DNA of 39,712 bases, from contig SLSQ01000342.1 of assembly GCA_007130355.1 (NCBI GenBank), positions 1 to 39,712 of the forward strand, written 5' to 3'. The number at the start of each line of letters is the position of its first letter. The first letter of the stretch is position 1. Of this stretch, positions 10,543 through 18,987 are shown piece by piece. A program made the translations under genes and the position numbers. Below the pieces are notes generated by a model that saw only the letters and a program-made list of their open reading frames with translations, was not told the origin of the DNA and ran no database searches. The stretch comes from Trueperaceae bacterium (GTDB lineage Bacteria > Deinococcota > Deinococci > Deinococcales > Trueperaceae).

Positions 10543-12147
10543 TCACTCGAGCAACAGCAGGTACGGGTACAGGTCGGGCGCACCGGGGTGGACCTCGACC
10601 TCCAGTTCCTGGTGGGCCGCGTCGAGCGCGTCGGCGAGCGCCTGGGCCTCCTCCGCCGGCACGTCCGGAGCGTAGAACAGGGTGGCGACCTCGGCATCGG
10701 CGGCGTGCGACGCGACCAGGTCGCGGACCAACGCCTGCGGATCGTCGCCGCTCGCGGCCAGCTTCCCGTCGACCAGGGCGATGTACTGCCCCTCGGAGAC
10801 GTCGACGTCGTCGATGGTCGCGTCGCGGCTCGCGGTCGTGACCTCGATCGTGACCGCGTCCTCGAGCGCCTCGCCCATCTCCTCGAGCACCGCGTTTGGG
10901 TCGCCGTCCTCGTCGAAGGCGAAGGCGGCCGCGAGCCCCTGGCCCAGCGTCCGCGTCTTCAGGACCCGGACGTCCCGCTCCGGCAGCAGTTCCTGCGCGC
11001 GTTCGGCGGCCATGACGATGTTCGCGTTGTTCGGCATGACGATCACCGTGGGCGCTCCGACCGAGCGGATGGCGTCGGCGATGTCCTGCACGGAGGGGTT
11101 GTTCGTCTGCCCGCCGCCGACCACGCGGGCGCCCAGCCCGCGGAACGCCTTGGTGACGCCGTACCCGTCGCTGACGACGACCATCGCCACCTTCGGCGGC
11201 TCCGCCTCGGCGGCGTCGACGGTCGCGAGGATCTCGCTGTGCTGCTCGCTCATGTCCTCGACCTTGGAGCGCACCATCCGGCCGTAGCGGGCGACGGTGG
11301 CGAGCAGCCGCTCCGGCTCCTCGGTGTGGATGTGACCCTTGACGAACCCTTCGGCACCGACCACCAGCAACGAGTCGCCGAACGGCGCGACCAGCTCCTG
11401 GATCTCCTTGGTGGGCGCCTCGACGTCGCTGAGCAGGAACTCGGTGCAGAAGCCGAACGCCTCCTCCTCGAAGTCCTGCTGCGCCCTCCGGTCGACCTTC
11501 GGCGGCGGCGGAAGATCCTCGCCGTCGTACTTGGCGACGACCCCCTCGAACACCCGCAGGAGTCCGAGGCCGCCGGCGTCGACCACGCCCGCCTGCTTCA
11601 GCAGCGGAAGCTGCTCGGGGGTGCGCTCCAGCGCCACGTGGCCGGCACGGATCGCTCCGCGCAGCAGCTCGAGCGGTCGCTCCGCCGGGTCCTCCTCGGC
11701 GTGCTCGGCCAGGGCGCGGCAGACGGTGAGGATCGTGCCTTCGACCGGCTTCATCACTGCGCCGTAGGCGACCTTGGTGGCGCCGCGCAGCGCGGCACGC
11801 AGCTCCGTGGCGCCCAGCTCCGGGTGCTCGCGCACCGCCTCGGCGAACCCCTTCAGGATCTGGCTGAGGATCACGCCCGAGTTGCCGCGCGCGCCGAGCA
11901 GCGAGCCGTACGAGAGCGCGTGCGCCAGGTCGCCCATCGACGACGGGCGCTCCTCCTCCAGCTGGCGACGGACGCTCTGCATCGTCAGGTGCATGTTCGT
12001 GCCGGTGTCGCCGTCGGGGACCGGGTAGACGTTCAGGGCGTTGACCTGGTCGACGTGCACGCCCAGCCAGTCGGTGGCGAAGGCGAACGCCTCGGAGAGG
12101 TCGCCGGTCGTCAGTCCGGTCGGGTTCGCACGCGTCGCCTCAGTCAC
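10543..12147 (-). CDS. yloV: DAK2 domain fusion protein YloV
   Basis: 534 aa. DAK2 motif VPDGDTGTNM near the N-terminus and a DegV-like C-terminal half. GTG 12147 overlaps the asp23 end by 8 nt. The asp23-yloV pairing is canonical. Confidence 0.9.
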   Translation of the reverse strand: MTEATRANPTGLTTGDLSEAFAFATDWLGVHVDQVNALNVYPVPDGDTGTNMHLTMQSVRRQLEEERPSSMGDLAHALSYGSLLGARGNSGVILSQILKGFAEAVREHPELGATELRAALRGATKVAYGAVMKPVEGTILTVCRALAEHAEEDPAERPLELLRGAIRAGHVALERTPEQLPLLKQAGVVDAGGLGLLRVFEGVVAKYDGEDLPPPPKVDRRAQQDFEEEAFGFCTEFLLSDVEAPTKEIQELVAPFGDSLLVVGAEGFVKGHIHTEEPERLLATVARYGRMVRSKVEDMSEQHSEILATVDAAEAEPPKVAMVVVSDGYGVTKAFRGLGARVVGGGQTNNPSVQDIADAIRSVGAPTVIVMPNNANIVMAAERAQELLPERDVRVLKTRTLGQGLAAAFAFDEDGDPNAVLEEMGEALEDAVTIEVTTASRDATIDDVDVSEGQYIALVDGKLAASGDDPQALVRDLVASHAADAEVATLFYAPDVPAEEAQALADALDAAHQELEVEVHPGAPDLYPYLLLLE

Positions 12148-12541
12148 GCGACACCCCCGCCACGTGCACGTCGACCTCGCGCACCGCCACCCCGGCGTAC
12201 TTCTCGGCGGCGTAGCGGACGCGTTCGACCACCGATTCGGCCACGACCGGGATGTTCACACCGTAGGCGACCACGACGTGCAGGCGCACGTCGGGCCGAT
12301 CGGGGCGTTGCGGGTCGCGCTCGATGTCGACCCCTTCGTCCGCTTGCGACACGCCGAGGATGCGGCGGATTCCCTCGCTCAGGTTCGTCGGTGCCATGCC
12401 GACGACGCCCGGAACCTCGTGCGCCGCCAGACCGATCAGGGTCGACAGCGCCTCGTCCGATACCTCGGTCGCGTCGGTCGGTGCGCTCTGGGGCGCGGGC
12501 CGGGGCGGACCGTCGGTCGCGTCGCGCTCGTGTTCGCTCAC
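12140..12541 (-). CDS. Asp23/Gls24 family envelope stress response protein
   Basis: Asp23 core LIGLAAHEVPGVVGM...VDVHVAGV. I prefer GTG 12541 because GGAGGAGG lies 5 nt upstream. An alternative GTG at 12607 would add a 22-aa Pro/Ala-rich extension. Confidence 0.85.
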   Translation of the reverse strand: MSEHERDATDGPPRPAPQSAPTDATEVSDEALSTLIGLAAHEVPGVVGMAPTNLSEGIRRILGVSQADEGVDIERDPQRPDRPDVRLHVVVAYGVNIPVVAESVVERVRYAAEKYAGVAVREVDVHVAGVSRD

Positions 12542-12627
12542 GGGGGCCTCCTCCGTCGGTGCGGTCGGTTCCGGCCGCGGAGCGTGGCTCGCCCCGGCGG
12601 CGGGCACGGATCGCCCGTTCCTGGCGC

Positions 12628-12636
12628 ATCCTACCA
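12628..12636 (-). promoter_or_regulatory. Extended -10 box for the asp23-yloV unit, built on the TAG stop of the upstream DUF503 gene
   Basis: Minus strand reads TGG-TAGGAT. The TAG (12633..12631) is the stop codon of CDS 12631..12957. Confidence 0.4.
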
Positions 12637-12957
12637 GCGCTCGACCGTCGTCTCGACCCGCTCGAGACGCGCTCCGTCCCGCTCGGCCGTCGCGAGCGCC
12701 CGGTCGAGCACCGAGCGGCAGACCTCGGGGTCGCGGTTCGCGACGACCACCGCCACCCGCTCCTGGTCGTGGCGGTCCTCGCCGCCCACCCGGGCCAGCG
12801 AGACCGGGTAGCGATGGCGCAGCCGGTCGACGATCGGTCGCACGAGCGCACGCTTCTCCTTCAGCGAGCGGGCGCCGGGCGTCGTGATCGTGAAGCGCAG
12901 GAGGCCGATCCAGACGACGTCCTCGTCGTCGAGCGGCGGGAGGGGCGGCGCGGGCAC
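12631..12957 (-). CDS. DUF503 family protein (YlxP-like)
   Basis: 108 aa with the hallmark SLKEKRALVRPIVDRLR motif. GTG start at 12957, 7 nt after the upstream stop. Confidence 0.8.
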   Translation of the reverse strand: MPAPPLPPLDDEDVVWIGLLRFTITTPGARSLKEKRALVRPIVDRLRHRYPVSLARVGGEDRHDQERVAVVVANRDPEVCRSVLDRALATAERDGARLERVETTVERW

Positions 12958-12964
12958 GAAGCGA

Positions 12965-13195
12965 TCACTCCATGCCGGCCAGGTAGCCGAGCCGGCGGAC
13001 GGCGCGGATCATCTCCATCACCGTCGTCTCGCGGTCGTCGTAGCGCACCTCGATCTGGCCGACGTCGGCGCCGACGTCGCCCGGCCGCACCTCGAGCACG
13101 CCGGGCAGCGCCCGCACCGTCTCGGCCACGCGGGCCCGATCGTCGACGTCGGCGAGTCCGCGCACGCCCAGGATCACGCGCGCCCCGGAGGTCAC
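12965..13195 (-). CDS. Small HMA-fold-like protein lacking metal-binding cysteines
   Basis: 76 aa with a beta-alpha-beta-beta-alpha-beta-like pattern (VILGVRGLADVDDRARVAETVRALPGVLEVRP...IEVRYDD...MEMIRAVRRLGY). GTG 13195 overlaps the upstream TGA (GTGA). The protein contains no Cys. Confidence 0.55.
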   Translation of the reverse strand: MTSGARVILGVRGLADVDDRARVAETVRALPGVLEVRPGDVGADVGQIEVRYDDRETTVMEMIRAVRRLGYLAGME

Positions 13196-13638
13196 GGCCC
13201 CTCCTCCGGCGCCGCGCCGCGGCTGCCGAGGGTCCGCCGGAGCACGCGCACCGGGTCCGGCCTCCAGCGTTCGCGCGACAGCAGGTCGAGCAGGTCGACA
13301 TCGTTCTCGGGCGCCTCGATCGTCAGGTCGTAGACGGCGGCGTCGTAGGCGCTCTTGGTCACCGCGTCGAGCAGGGCGGCACGGACGGCCGCGGCGTCGG
13401 GCGGGACGGCGCCGAGGCGCACGATCCGGAGCGTGCCGCGCGTGCCGTCCCAGACCGCCTGCGCCAGCGCCAGGCCGCACGGTCCCCCCTCCCCCTCGGC
13501 CACGAAGGCGTGGCCGCTGCGGGCGTAGAACGACGCCGCGGCGCGCGTCAGCCGCACGGGGCCGCCCAACGCCGCGTCGAGCGGCTTCAGCGGTTCGTGG
13601 TCGGTCGGTTCCAACGGTCGGATGCGGACGCCTCGCAC
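13192..13638 (-). CDS. GNAT-fold-like protein of unknown function (possibly the Deinococcus-Thermus DUF1999 family)
   Basis: 148 aa (VRGVRIRPLEPTDHEPL...HAFVAEGEGGPCGLALAQAVWDG...). GTG 13638 lies 5 nt after the truA stop. The family assignment is from memory and is unverified. Confidence 0.6.
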   Translation of the reverse strand: MRGVRIRPLEPTDHEPLKPLDAALGGPVRLTRAAASFYARSGHAFVAEGEGGPCGLALAQAVWDGTRGTLRIVRLGAVPPDAAAVRAALLDAVTKSAYDAAVYDLTIEAPENDVDLLDLLSRERWRPDPVRVLRRTLGSRGAAPEEGP

Positions 13639-13643
13639 GACGT

Positions 13644-14495
13644 TCAGCCTACCCGCTCCCGTTCGCCGGACCGTGGCGGCGCGTCCGTGAGGTCGGCGAG
13701 CGCCCGTTCGCTCACGGCGCGGTCCCACGGCCGGTACCCCGCCTCGGCGAAGTAGAGGCCGTGGGGCGGCGCGGCCGGTCCCGCGCGCCGTCGGTCGCGC
13801 GCCTCGAGCGCCCGGTGCACCTCCGCGACCGTCGTGGTGCCGTGTCCGACGCGCAGCAGGGTCCCCTGAATCGCTCGGACCATCCCGCGCAGGAAGCCGT
13901 CGGCGGCGACGTGCAGGTGCAGTTCGCCCCGTTCCTCGCGCAGCTCGCAGAGATGCACGGTGCGCACCCGCGTGCGCGTCTCCTGGGTGGCGAGGGTGCT
14001 GAAGTCCCGCCGTCCGACGAACGCCGCGGTCGCCTCCTGCATCGCTTCGAGCTCGAGGGCGCGGTGGACCATCAGCACCCGCTTCCGATCGAGAGCCAGG
14101 CCGCGGGGGCGGCCGCGGACGACCCGCGCCCGGTACAGGTAGCGCCGGTAGCGGCAGGAGAACTGCGCCTCGAAGTCGGGGGCGACCGTCGCGACCGCGA
14201 GGACCGCCACGTCGGGCGGCAGGTGGGCGTTCAGCGCCAAGCGCAGCCGCTCGTCGGCGACGGTGGTGCCGACGTCGACGTGCGCGACCATCGCCAAGGC
14301 GTGGACGCCCGCGTCGGTACGTCCGGCCGCGTGCACCGTCCCGTGCGACCACGGCAAGGCGTCGAGCGCCGCTTCGATCGCGCCCTGCACGGTCCGTTCG
14401 CCGGTCGCCTGGCGCTGCCAACCGCGGAAGCCGGTCCCGTCGAACTCGACCGTGAGCGCGACGCGGCGCGGCGGCCCGTCCGAGCCTCCGCTCAC
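13644..14495 (-). CDS. truA: tRNA pseudouridine(38-40) synthase TruA
   Basis: Catalytic motif GRTDAGVHA, with FDGTGFRGWQRQ near the N-terminus. GTG 14495 overlaps the TGA of the PAP2 gene (GTGA). Confidence 0.93.
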   Translation of the reverse strand: MSGGSDGPPRRVALTVEFDGTGFRGWQRQATGERTVQGAIEAALDALPWSHGTVHAAGRTDAGVHALAMVAHVDVGTTVADERLRLALNAHLPPDVAVLAVATVAPDFEAQFSCRYRRYLYRARVVRGRPRGLALDRKRVLMVHRALELEAMQEATAAFVGRRDFSTLATQETRTRVRTVHLCELREERGELHLHVAADGFLRGMVRAIQGTLLRVGHGTTTVAEVHRALEARDRRRAGPAAPPHGLYFAEAGYRPWDRAVSERALADLTDAPPRSGERERVG

Positions 14496-15352
14496 CGCGC
14501 TTCGTGCGGGACGAGCCCGAGGCGCCGGGCCAGCCACGGGGTCGCGACCAGTCCCAGCAGGCCCAGCACCAGGTACCGCGCCGGCGCGACCCAGACGTTC
14601 TCCTTCACGGCGTCCGGGAGGAGCGCGCTGGTGCCGAGGAGCCAGGCGAACACGAGCGCCAGCCCGAGCAGGGCGGTGGCCGCGCGCTGCACGACCGAAC
14701 CGGCCGGCCGGTGCGCCACGATCATCGGCGCGAGCCCGAACGCGACGAAGGCACCGGCGATGATGCCGCTCTCGGGCGTCGTCCAGAGCAGGTGGGCCGC
14801 GAGGGGCACCAGCGTCACGAGCGCCACGCGGACCGGCCCGGGCAGGCGCGGCGGGCGCCGGATCCAGGCGACGCCGGCCGCCACGAACAGGCCGCCGACC
14901 AGCAGACCGCCGACGATGTCGATCGGCCAGTGGACGCCCAGGTAGACCCGCGTCGCCGAGACGAGCACGATCAGCGCCACGGCGACCCCAGCGAACCACG
15001 GACGCGCCGCGAGCACGGCGCCGAGGCCCCAGAAGGTGGTGGCGCTCTGCGCGTGCCCGCTGGGGAAGGCGGGCCCGGGGCCGGTCCCGGCGGCCGCCTC
15101 GCCACCTCGGAGCAGGTCCGGATGCAGGACGTACGGGCGTGCCGTGTCGAACGCCTCCTTGAGGTGCTGGTTCGCGTAGAAGCTGGCGAGCAGGGTCAGT
15201 CCCAGGATCCGGCCGGCACGGGCGTCGATCGCGACGTACACGACCAGCAGCATCGCCACGTACGCCTCCTCCGCGCCCAGGTTCGTGAGCGCCATGGCGA
15301 CGGCGTCCAGGAACGGGTGCGCCAGCGACTGCAGCGCCACGATCGTGTCCAT
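14492..15352 (-). CDS. PAP2-family lipid phosphatase (possible undecaprenyl-diphosphate phosphatase)
   Basis: Three PAP2 motifs are visible: KEAFDTARP, PSGH and TRVYLGVHWPID. Polytopic membrane protein. ATG 15352 is preceded by GGGAGGAA. Confidence 0.85.
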   Translation of the reverse strand: MDTIVALQSLAHPFLDAVAMALTNLGAEEAYVAMLLVVYVAIDARAGRILGLTLLASFYANQHLKEAFDTARPYVLHPDLLRGGEAAAGTGPGPAFPSGHAQSATTFWGLGAVLAARPWFAGVAVALIVLVSATRVYLGVHWPIDIVGGLLVGGLFVAAGVAWIRRPPRLPGPVRVALVTLVPLAAHLLWTTPESGIIAGAFVAFGLAPMIVAHRPAGSVVQRAATALLGLALVFAWLLGTSALLPDAVKENVWVAPARYLVLGLLGLVATPWLARRLGLVPHEAR

Positions 15353-15404
15353 CGGTTCCTCCCGGCTCGGCGCCCGCGAGATGTCGGGTCCGCGCGCCGC
15401 GAGG

Positions 15405-15413
15405 ACGATACCA
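15405..15413 (-). promoter_or_regulatory. Extended -10 box for the PAP2-truA operon (leadered, with SD)
   Basis: Minus strand reads TGG-TATCGT, about 50 nt upstream of ATG 15352. Confidence 0.45.
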
Positions 15414-15446
15414 AGGCCGTCCGTGACGCGACCGGGTCCGGCGGCG

Positions 15447-15455
15447 TGCGAACAT
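15447..15455 (+). promoter_or_regulatory. Extended -10-like box for leaderless hemL
   Basis: TGC-GAACAT, then 6 nt (GCCGGC), then ATG 15462. The 11-mer CGTGCGAACAT is identical to the one upstream of rsmD. Confidence 0.4.
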
Positions 15456-15461
15456 GCCGGC

Positions 15462-16757
15462 ATGAACGACGCGAACGCACGCGCACTCTTCGACCGCGCC
15501 CGCCGAGCGATTCCCGGCGGGGTCAACTCGCCCGTCCGCGCCTTCGGGAGCGTGGGCGGCACGCCTCCCTTCCTCGCCCGCGGCGCCGGCGCCACGGTGC
15601 ACGACGAGGACGGCAACGCCTACCTCGACCTGGTCGGCTCGTGGGGTCCGCTCCTGCTCGGGCACGCGCATCCGGCGGTGGTCGAGGCCGTCGCGCGTGC
15701 CGCCGCCGACGGCACCAGCTTCGGCGCGCCCACCCGTCTCGAGGTCGAGGCGGCCGAGACGGTGGTCGACCGCGTCCCGGGCGTCGAGCGGGTCCGCTTC
15801 GTGAACAGCGGCACCGAAGCGACCATGAGCGCGCTGCGATTGGCGCGCGGGATCACCGGCCGCGACCGGATCGTCAAGTTCGCCGGCAACTACCACGGGC
15901 ACGCCGACGGCCTCCTGGTCGCCGCCGGGTCCGGCGCCCTCACCACCGGCGTCCCCAGCAGCGAGGGGGTGCCGGCGCAGGTCGCCGACCTGACCGAGGT
16001 GGTCCGCTACGGCGACGTGGACGGCCTGAGCGCGCTGTTCCGCGCGCGCGGGTCCGAGATCGCGGCGGTCATCCTCGAACCGGTGGCCGGCAACATGGGC
16101 GTCGTGCCCCCCAGCGCCGAGTTCCTGCGCGCCGTGCGCGAGCTGACGCGCGACCACGGGGCGTTGATGATCGTAGACGAGGTCATGACCGGCTTCCGCG
16201 TGGCGCGGGGCGGCGCGATCGAACGGTACGCGCTCGACGCCGACCTGGTCTGCTGGGGCAAGATCATCGGCGGCGGCCTGCCGGTCGGCGCCTTCGGCGG
16301 CAGCGCCGAGCGGATGGAGCGTCTCTCCCCGACCGGCGGCGTGTACCAGGGCGGCACCCTCTCCGGCAACCCGCTCGCGATGGCGGCCGGGCTGGCGACC
16401 TTCCGCGCGATCGACGAGGCGGGCGACGTCTACGAGCGCCTCGAGGTGCTCGGCGCGCGCCTGCAGGCGGGGCTCGAACGCGGCGCCTCCGAGGCGGGCG
16501 TTCCGCTCACGGTGCAGCGGGTCGGCTCGATGATCACCCCGTTCTTCCGCGCCGCGCCGGTCCTCGACGACGTCGACGCCCAGGAGGTGGACCACGGAGC
16601 GTTCCGTGCCTGGTTCCACGGACTGCTGCGGCGCGGCGTGTACTGGCCCGCCAGCCCCTTCGAGTCGGCGTTCCTCTCGTATGCCCACGACGAGGCGCTC
16701 GTCGACCGGGTCGTCGACGCCGCGGCGGACGCGTTCCGGGACGCGGCCGCCGCCTGA
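15462..16757 (+). CDS. hemL: Glutamate-1-semialdehyde 2,1-aminomutase
   Basis: N-terminus MNDANARALFDRARRAIPGGVNSPVRAF and PLP-lysine region WGKIIGGGLP. 431 aa. Confidence 0.95.
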   Translation: MNDANARALFDRARRAIPGGVNSPVRAFGSVGGTPPFLARGAGATVHDEDGNAYLDLVGSWGPLLLGHAHPAVVEAVARAAADGTSFGAPTRLEVEAAETVVDRVPGVERVRFVNSGTEATMSALRLARGITGRDRIVKFAGNYHGHADGLLVAAGSGALTTGVPSSEGVPAQVADLTEVVRYGDVDGLSALFRARGSEIAAVILEPVAGNMGVVPPSAEFLRAVRELTRDHGALMIVDEVMTGFRVARGGAIERYALDADLVCWGKIIGGGLPVGAFGGSAERMERLSPTGGVYQGGTLSGNPLAMAAGLATFRAIDEAGDVYERLEVLGARLQAGLERGASEAGVPLTVQRVGSMITPFFRAAPVLDDVDAQEVDHGAFRAWFHGLLRRGVYWPASPFESAFLSYAHDEALVDRVVDAAADAFRDAAAA

Positions 16758-16758
16758 G

Positions 16759-18108
16759 GTGCCGCTCCCTCCGACCGGCGACACGATCGCCGCGATCGCG
16801 ACCGCCCCCGGCGAGGGCGCGATCGGGGTCGTCCGGGTGGCCGGTCCGGAGGCGTACCGCGTCGCCGACGCCCTCTTCCGCCCCCGCTCCGGCCCGAGTC
16901 CGAGCGCCACGCCCGGCCACCGCGTCCGCGTCGGCACGGTGGTCGACGACGGCGAGACGATCGACGAGGGGCTGTTGCTGACCTTTCGCGCCCCGGCGAG
17001 CTACACCGGCCAGGACGCCGTCGAACTGCAGACCCACGGCGGGCCCGCGGTGCTCCGGAGGGTCCTCGAGGGCTGCCTGCGGCACGGCGCGCGGGCGGCC
17101 GGCCCGGGCGAATTCACCCTCCGCGCCTACCTGGCCGGCAAGATGGACCTGGTACAGGCGGAGAGCGTCCTGGCCGTCGTCGAAGCGCAGAGCGAGCGGG
17201 CTCGGCGCACCGCCGCGCACGGTCTGACGCGGCGCCTCTCCGACCGGCTGGACGCCCTGCAGGACCGACTCACGGCGGCGTACGGCGATCTCACCGCGGT
17301 GCTCGACTATCCGGAGGAGGGGGTCGAGCTCCGCGACGTCCGGCCGGCGCTGCGCGCCGTGCGCCGCGAGATCGCCGACCTCCTCGCCACCGCCGACGCC
17401 GGCGCGCTGGTCCGGCGTGGCGCGCGCCTGGCGCTGCTCGGCCGGCCGAACGCCGGCAAGTCGCGGCTCCTGAACGCGCTGCTCGGATACGACCGCTCGA
17501 TCGTGTCCGACGCGCCCGGCACCACCCGCGACTACCTCGAGGCGCCGTTGGACCTCGACGGCGTCCCCGTCACCGCCATCGACACCGCCGGCGTGCGCAC
17601 GACCGACGACGCGATCGAGGCCAGCGGCGTCCGCAGCGCCATCGACCTGGCGGAACGCGCGGACCTGGTGCTCGTGCTCGTGGACCGCTCGTGCCCGTGG
17701 TCGCCGCACGACCGGGAGCTGCTGGAACGGACCGCCGACGGGCGCCGCCTGCTCCTGGCCACCAAGTCGGACCTGCCCGCCGCGTGGACGCAAGACGCCG
17801 TCGGAGCCGGACCGTGGATCGACGTCAGCGCCGAGCGGGGCGACGGCCTGCCGGAGCTCCGGGCCGCCGTCCGCGCGCGGCTGCTCGGCGACGCGGCCGG
17901 CACGGAGCTGTGGATCCAGCACGAACGGCACGCCGAGGCGCTGCGGGCGGTCGAAACGGCGCTGGCGCGTTGCGAGGCGTCGCCCGAGGACCTGATGGCG
18001 ATCGACCTGGAGGAGGCGCTCGACACGCTGGCCGGCCTGACCGGACGCGGCGAGATCGCCGAGGACGCTCTCGCGCACGTGTTCGCGAACTTCTGCGTCG
18101 GGAAGTGA
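16759..18108 (+). CDS. mnmE: tRNA modification GTPase MnmE
   Basis: GTG 16759 lies 1 nt after the hemL stop. Motifs DTIAAIATAPGEGAIGVVRVAG, G1 GRPNAGKS and DTAG; C-terminus FCVGK. Confidence 0.93.
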   Translation: MPLPPTGDTIAAIATAPGEGAIGVVRVAGPEAYRVADALFRPRSGPSPSATPGHRVRVGTVVDDGETIDEGLLLTFRAPASYTGQDAVELQTHGGPAVLRRVLEGCLRHGARAAGPGEFTLRAYLAGKMDLVQAESVLAVVEAQSERARRTAAHGLTRRLSDRLDALQDRLTAAYGDLTAVLDYPEEGVELRDVRPALRAVRREIADLLATADAGALVRRGARLALLGRPNAGKSRLLNALLGYDRSIVSDAPGTTRDYLEAPLDLDGVPVTAIDTAGVRTTDDAIEASGVRSAIDLAERADLVLVLVDRSCPWSPHDRELLERTADGRRLLLATKSDLPAAWTQDAVGAGPWIDVSAERGDGLPELRAAVRARLLGDAAGTELWIQHERHAEALRAVETALARCEASPEDLMAIDLEEALDTLAGLTGRGEIAEDALAHVFANFCVGK

Positions 18109-18121
18109 CCCCGTGGGGGGT

Positions 18122-18634
18122 TCAGCCCGGTGGGGCCACCGTCGCGGCGTACCGTTCGGCAGCGCACCGTACCGCCGTGGGGAAGCGGTCGGCGACGCGC
18201 TGCAGCATGGCGTCCGCGGTCCGCTCGATCATCCGGGTCAGGGCGCGACCGCCCCACCGCTCCGGTTCCGGCACGATCAGGTGCACCTCGACGGCGAGCC
18301 GGTAGGCGAGGCGCGATCCGCCGGTGGCGAGCGGCGTCACCTCCGCCTCGCCGTCGACCCGGGCCCAGCCCGGCCGGTCGTCGAGTTCGCACCCCACCAG
18401 TCGGGCGCCACGCGGCGTCGGCTCGAGCCGGCTGCGGAAGCGCAGCGAGCGCCGCCCGAGCCAGCCGGCCGAGACCGGCAAGCGAGCCTCGACCGTGCTC
18501 CCGGGACCGTTCGCCACGTCGGAGAGGAGCTCGTCGTCCCGGAGGCTGGCGGCGACGTCACGGACGAACGCGACGGCGTCCGACCGGTCGAGCGGCGCCT
18601 CCACCTCGAAGCGTACGGTGCGGTCGAGGCGCAC
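18122..18634 (-). CDS. Hypothetical protein, SRPBCC-like / possibly DUF3809 (Deinococcus-Thermus restricted)
   Basis: 170 aa. GTG 18634 lies 3 nt after the upstream stop. There are no catalytic motifs I can name, and the family guess is unverified. Confidence 0.6.
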   Translation of the reverse strand: MRLDRTVRFEVEAPLDRSDAVAFVRDVAASLRDDELLSDVANGPGSTVEARLPVSAGWLGRRSLRFRSRLEPTPRGARLVGCELDDRPGWARVDGEAEVTPLATGGSRLAYRLAVEVHLIVPEPERWGGRALTRMIERTADAMLQRVADRFPTAVRCAAERYAATVAPPG

Positions 18635-18637
18635 CGG

Positions 18638-18910
18638 TCAACGGCTCCGAGGGCCGACCCACTCGACCCGGACGGTTCCGGCGTCGATCGCCTCGCGCAG
18701 CTCGGCGTCGCTCGCGGCGTGCAGGCGCGGGAGCTCGGAGAACGCCGCGGCCGCGCCGGCCAGGCCGACGCGCACGGTGATCGCGGCGTCGTCGGAGGTC
18801 CGTCCGATGCGCCAGACCAACGAGGACGCCAGCGCCTCGAGCGACGCGCTCGCGCCCTGCTCCGAGGGGTCCCCCGCGTCGGACGGCGGGTGTTCGTTCC
18901 GGTCGCCCAT
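18638..18910 (-). CDS. Small hypothetical protein (90 aa)
   Basis: ATG 18910 with a leaderless -10 box. First gene of a two-gene unit with 18122..18634. G/C-dominated third codon positions support coding. Confidence 0.55.
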   Translation of the reverse strand: MGDRNEHPPSDAGDPSEQGASASLEALASSLVWRIGRTSDDAAITVRVGLAGAAAAFSELPRLHAASDAELREAIDAGTVRVEWVGPRSR

Positions 18911-18917
18911 CGGCCGT

Positions 18918-18925
18918 AGGCTACC
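18918..18925 (-). promoter_or_regulatory. -10 box for the leaderless 18638..18910 / 18122..18634 unit
   Basis: Minus strand reads GG-TAGCCT, then 7 nt (ACGGCCG), then ATG 18910. Confidence 0.5.
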
Positions 18926-18971
18926 GCACGCGGGGGCGGGCGTCCGTCGGCCCGAAGGGCGCGGACGACCG

Positions 18972-18980
18972 TGCTACCTT
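18972..18980 (+). promoter_or_regulatory. Extended -10 box for the leaderless DUF368 gene
   Basis: TGC-TACCTT, then 7 nt (GCGGCCC), then GTG 18988. Confidence 0.5.
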
Positions 18981-18987
18981 GCGGCCC

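Noticed and set aside
13192-13638. The GNAT-fold gene plus adjacent small gene as a GNAT/RHH-type toxin-antitoxin pair
   Set aside because: In those TA systems the small antitoxin has a DNA-binding RHH/DUF1778 fold and lies upstream of the toxin. Here the small gene is downstream, looks HMA-like, and both are embedded in the truA operon.
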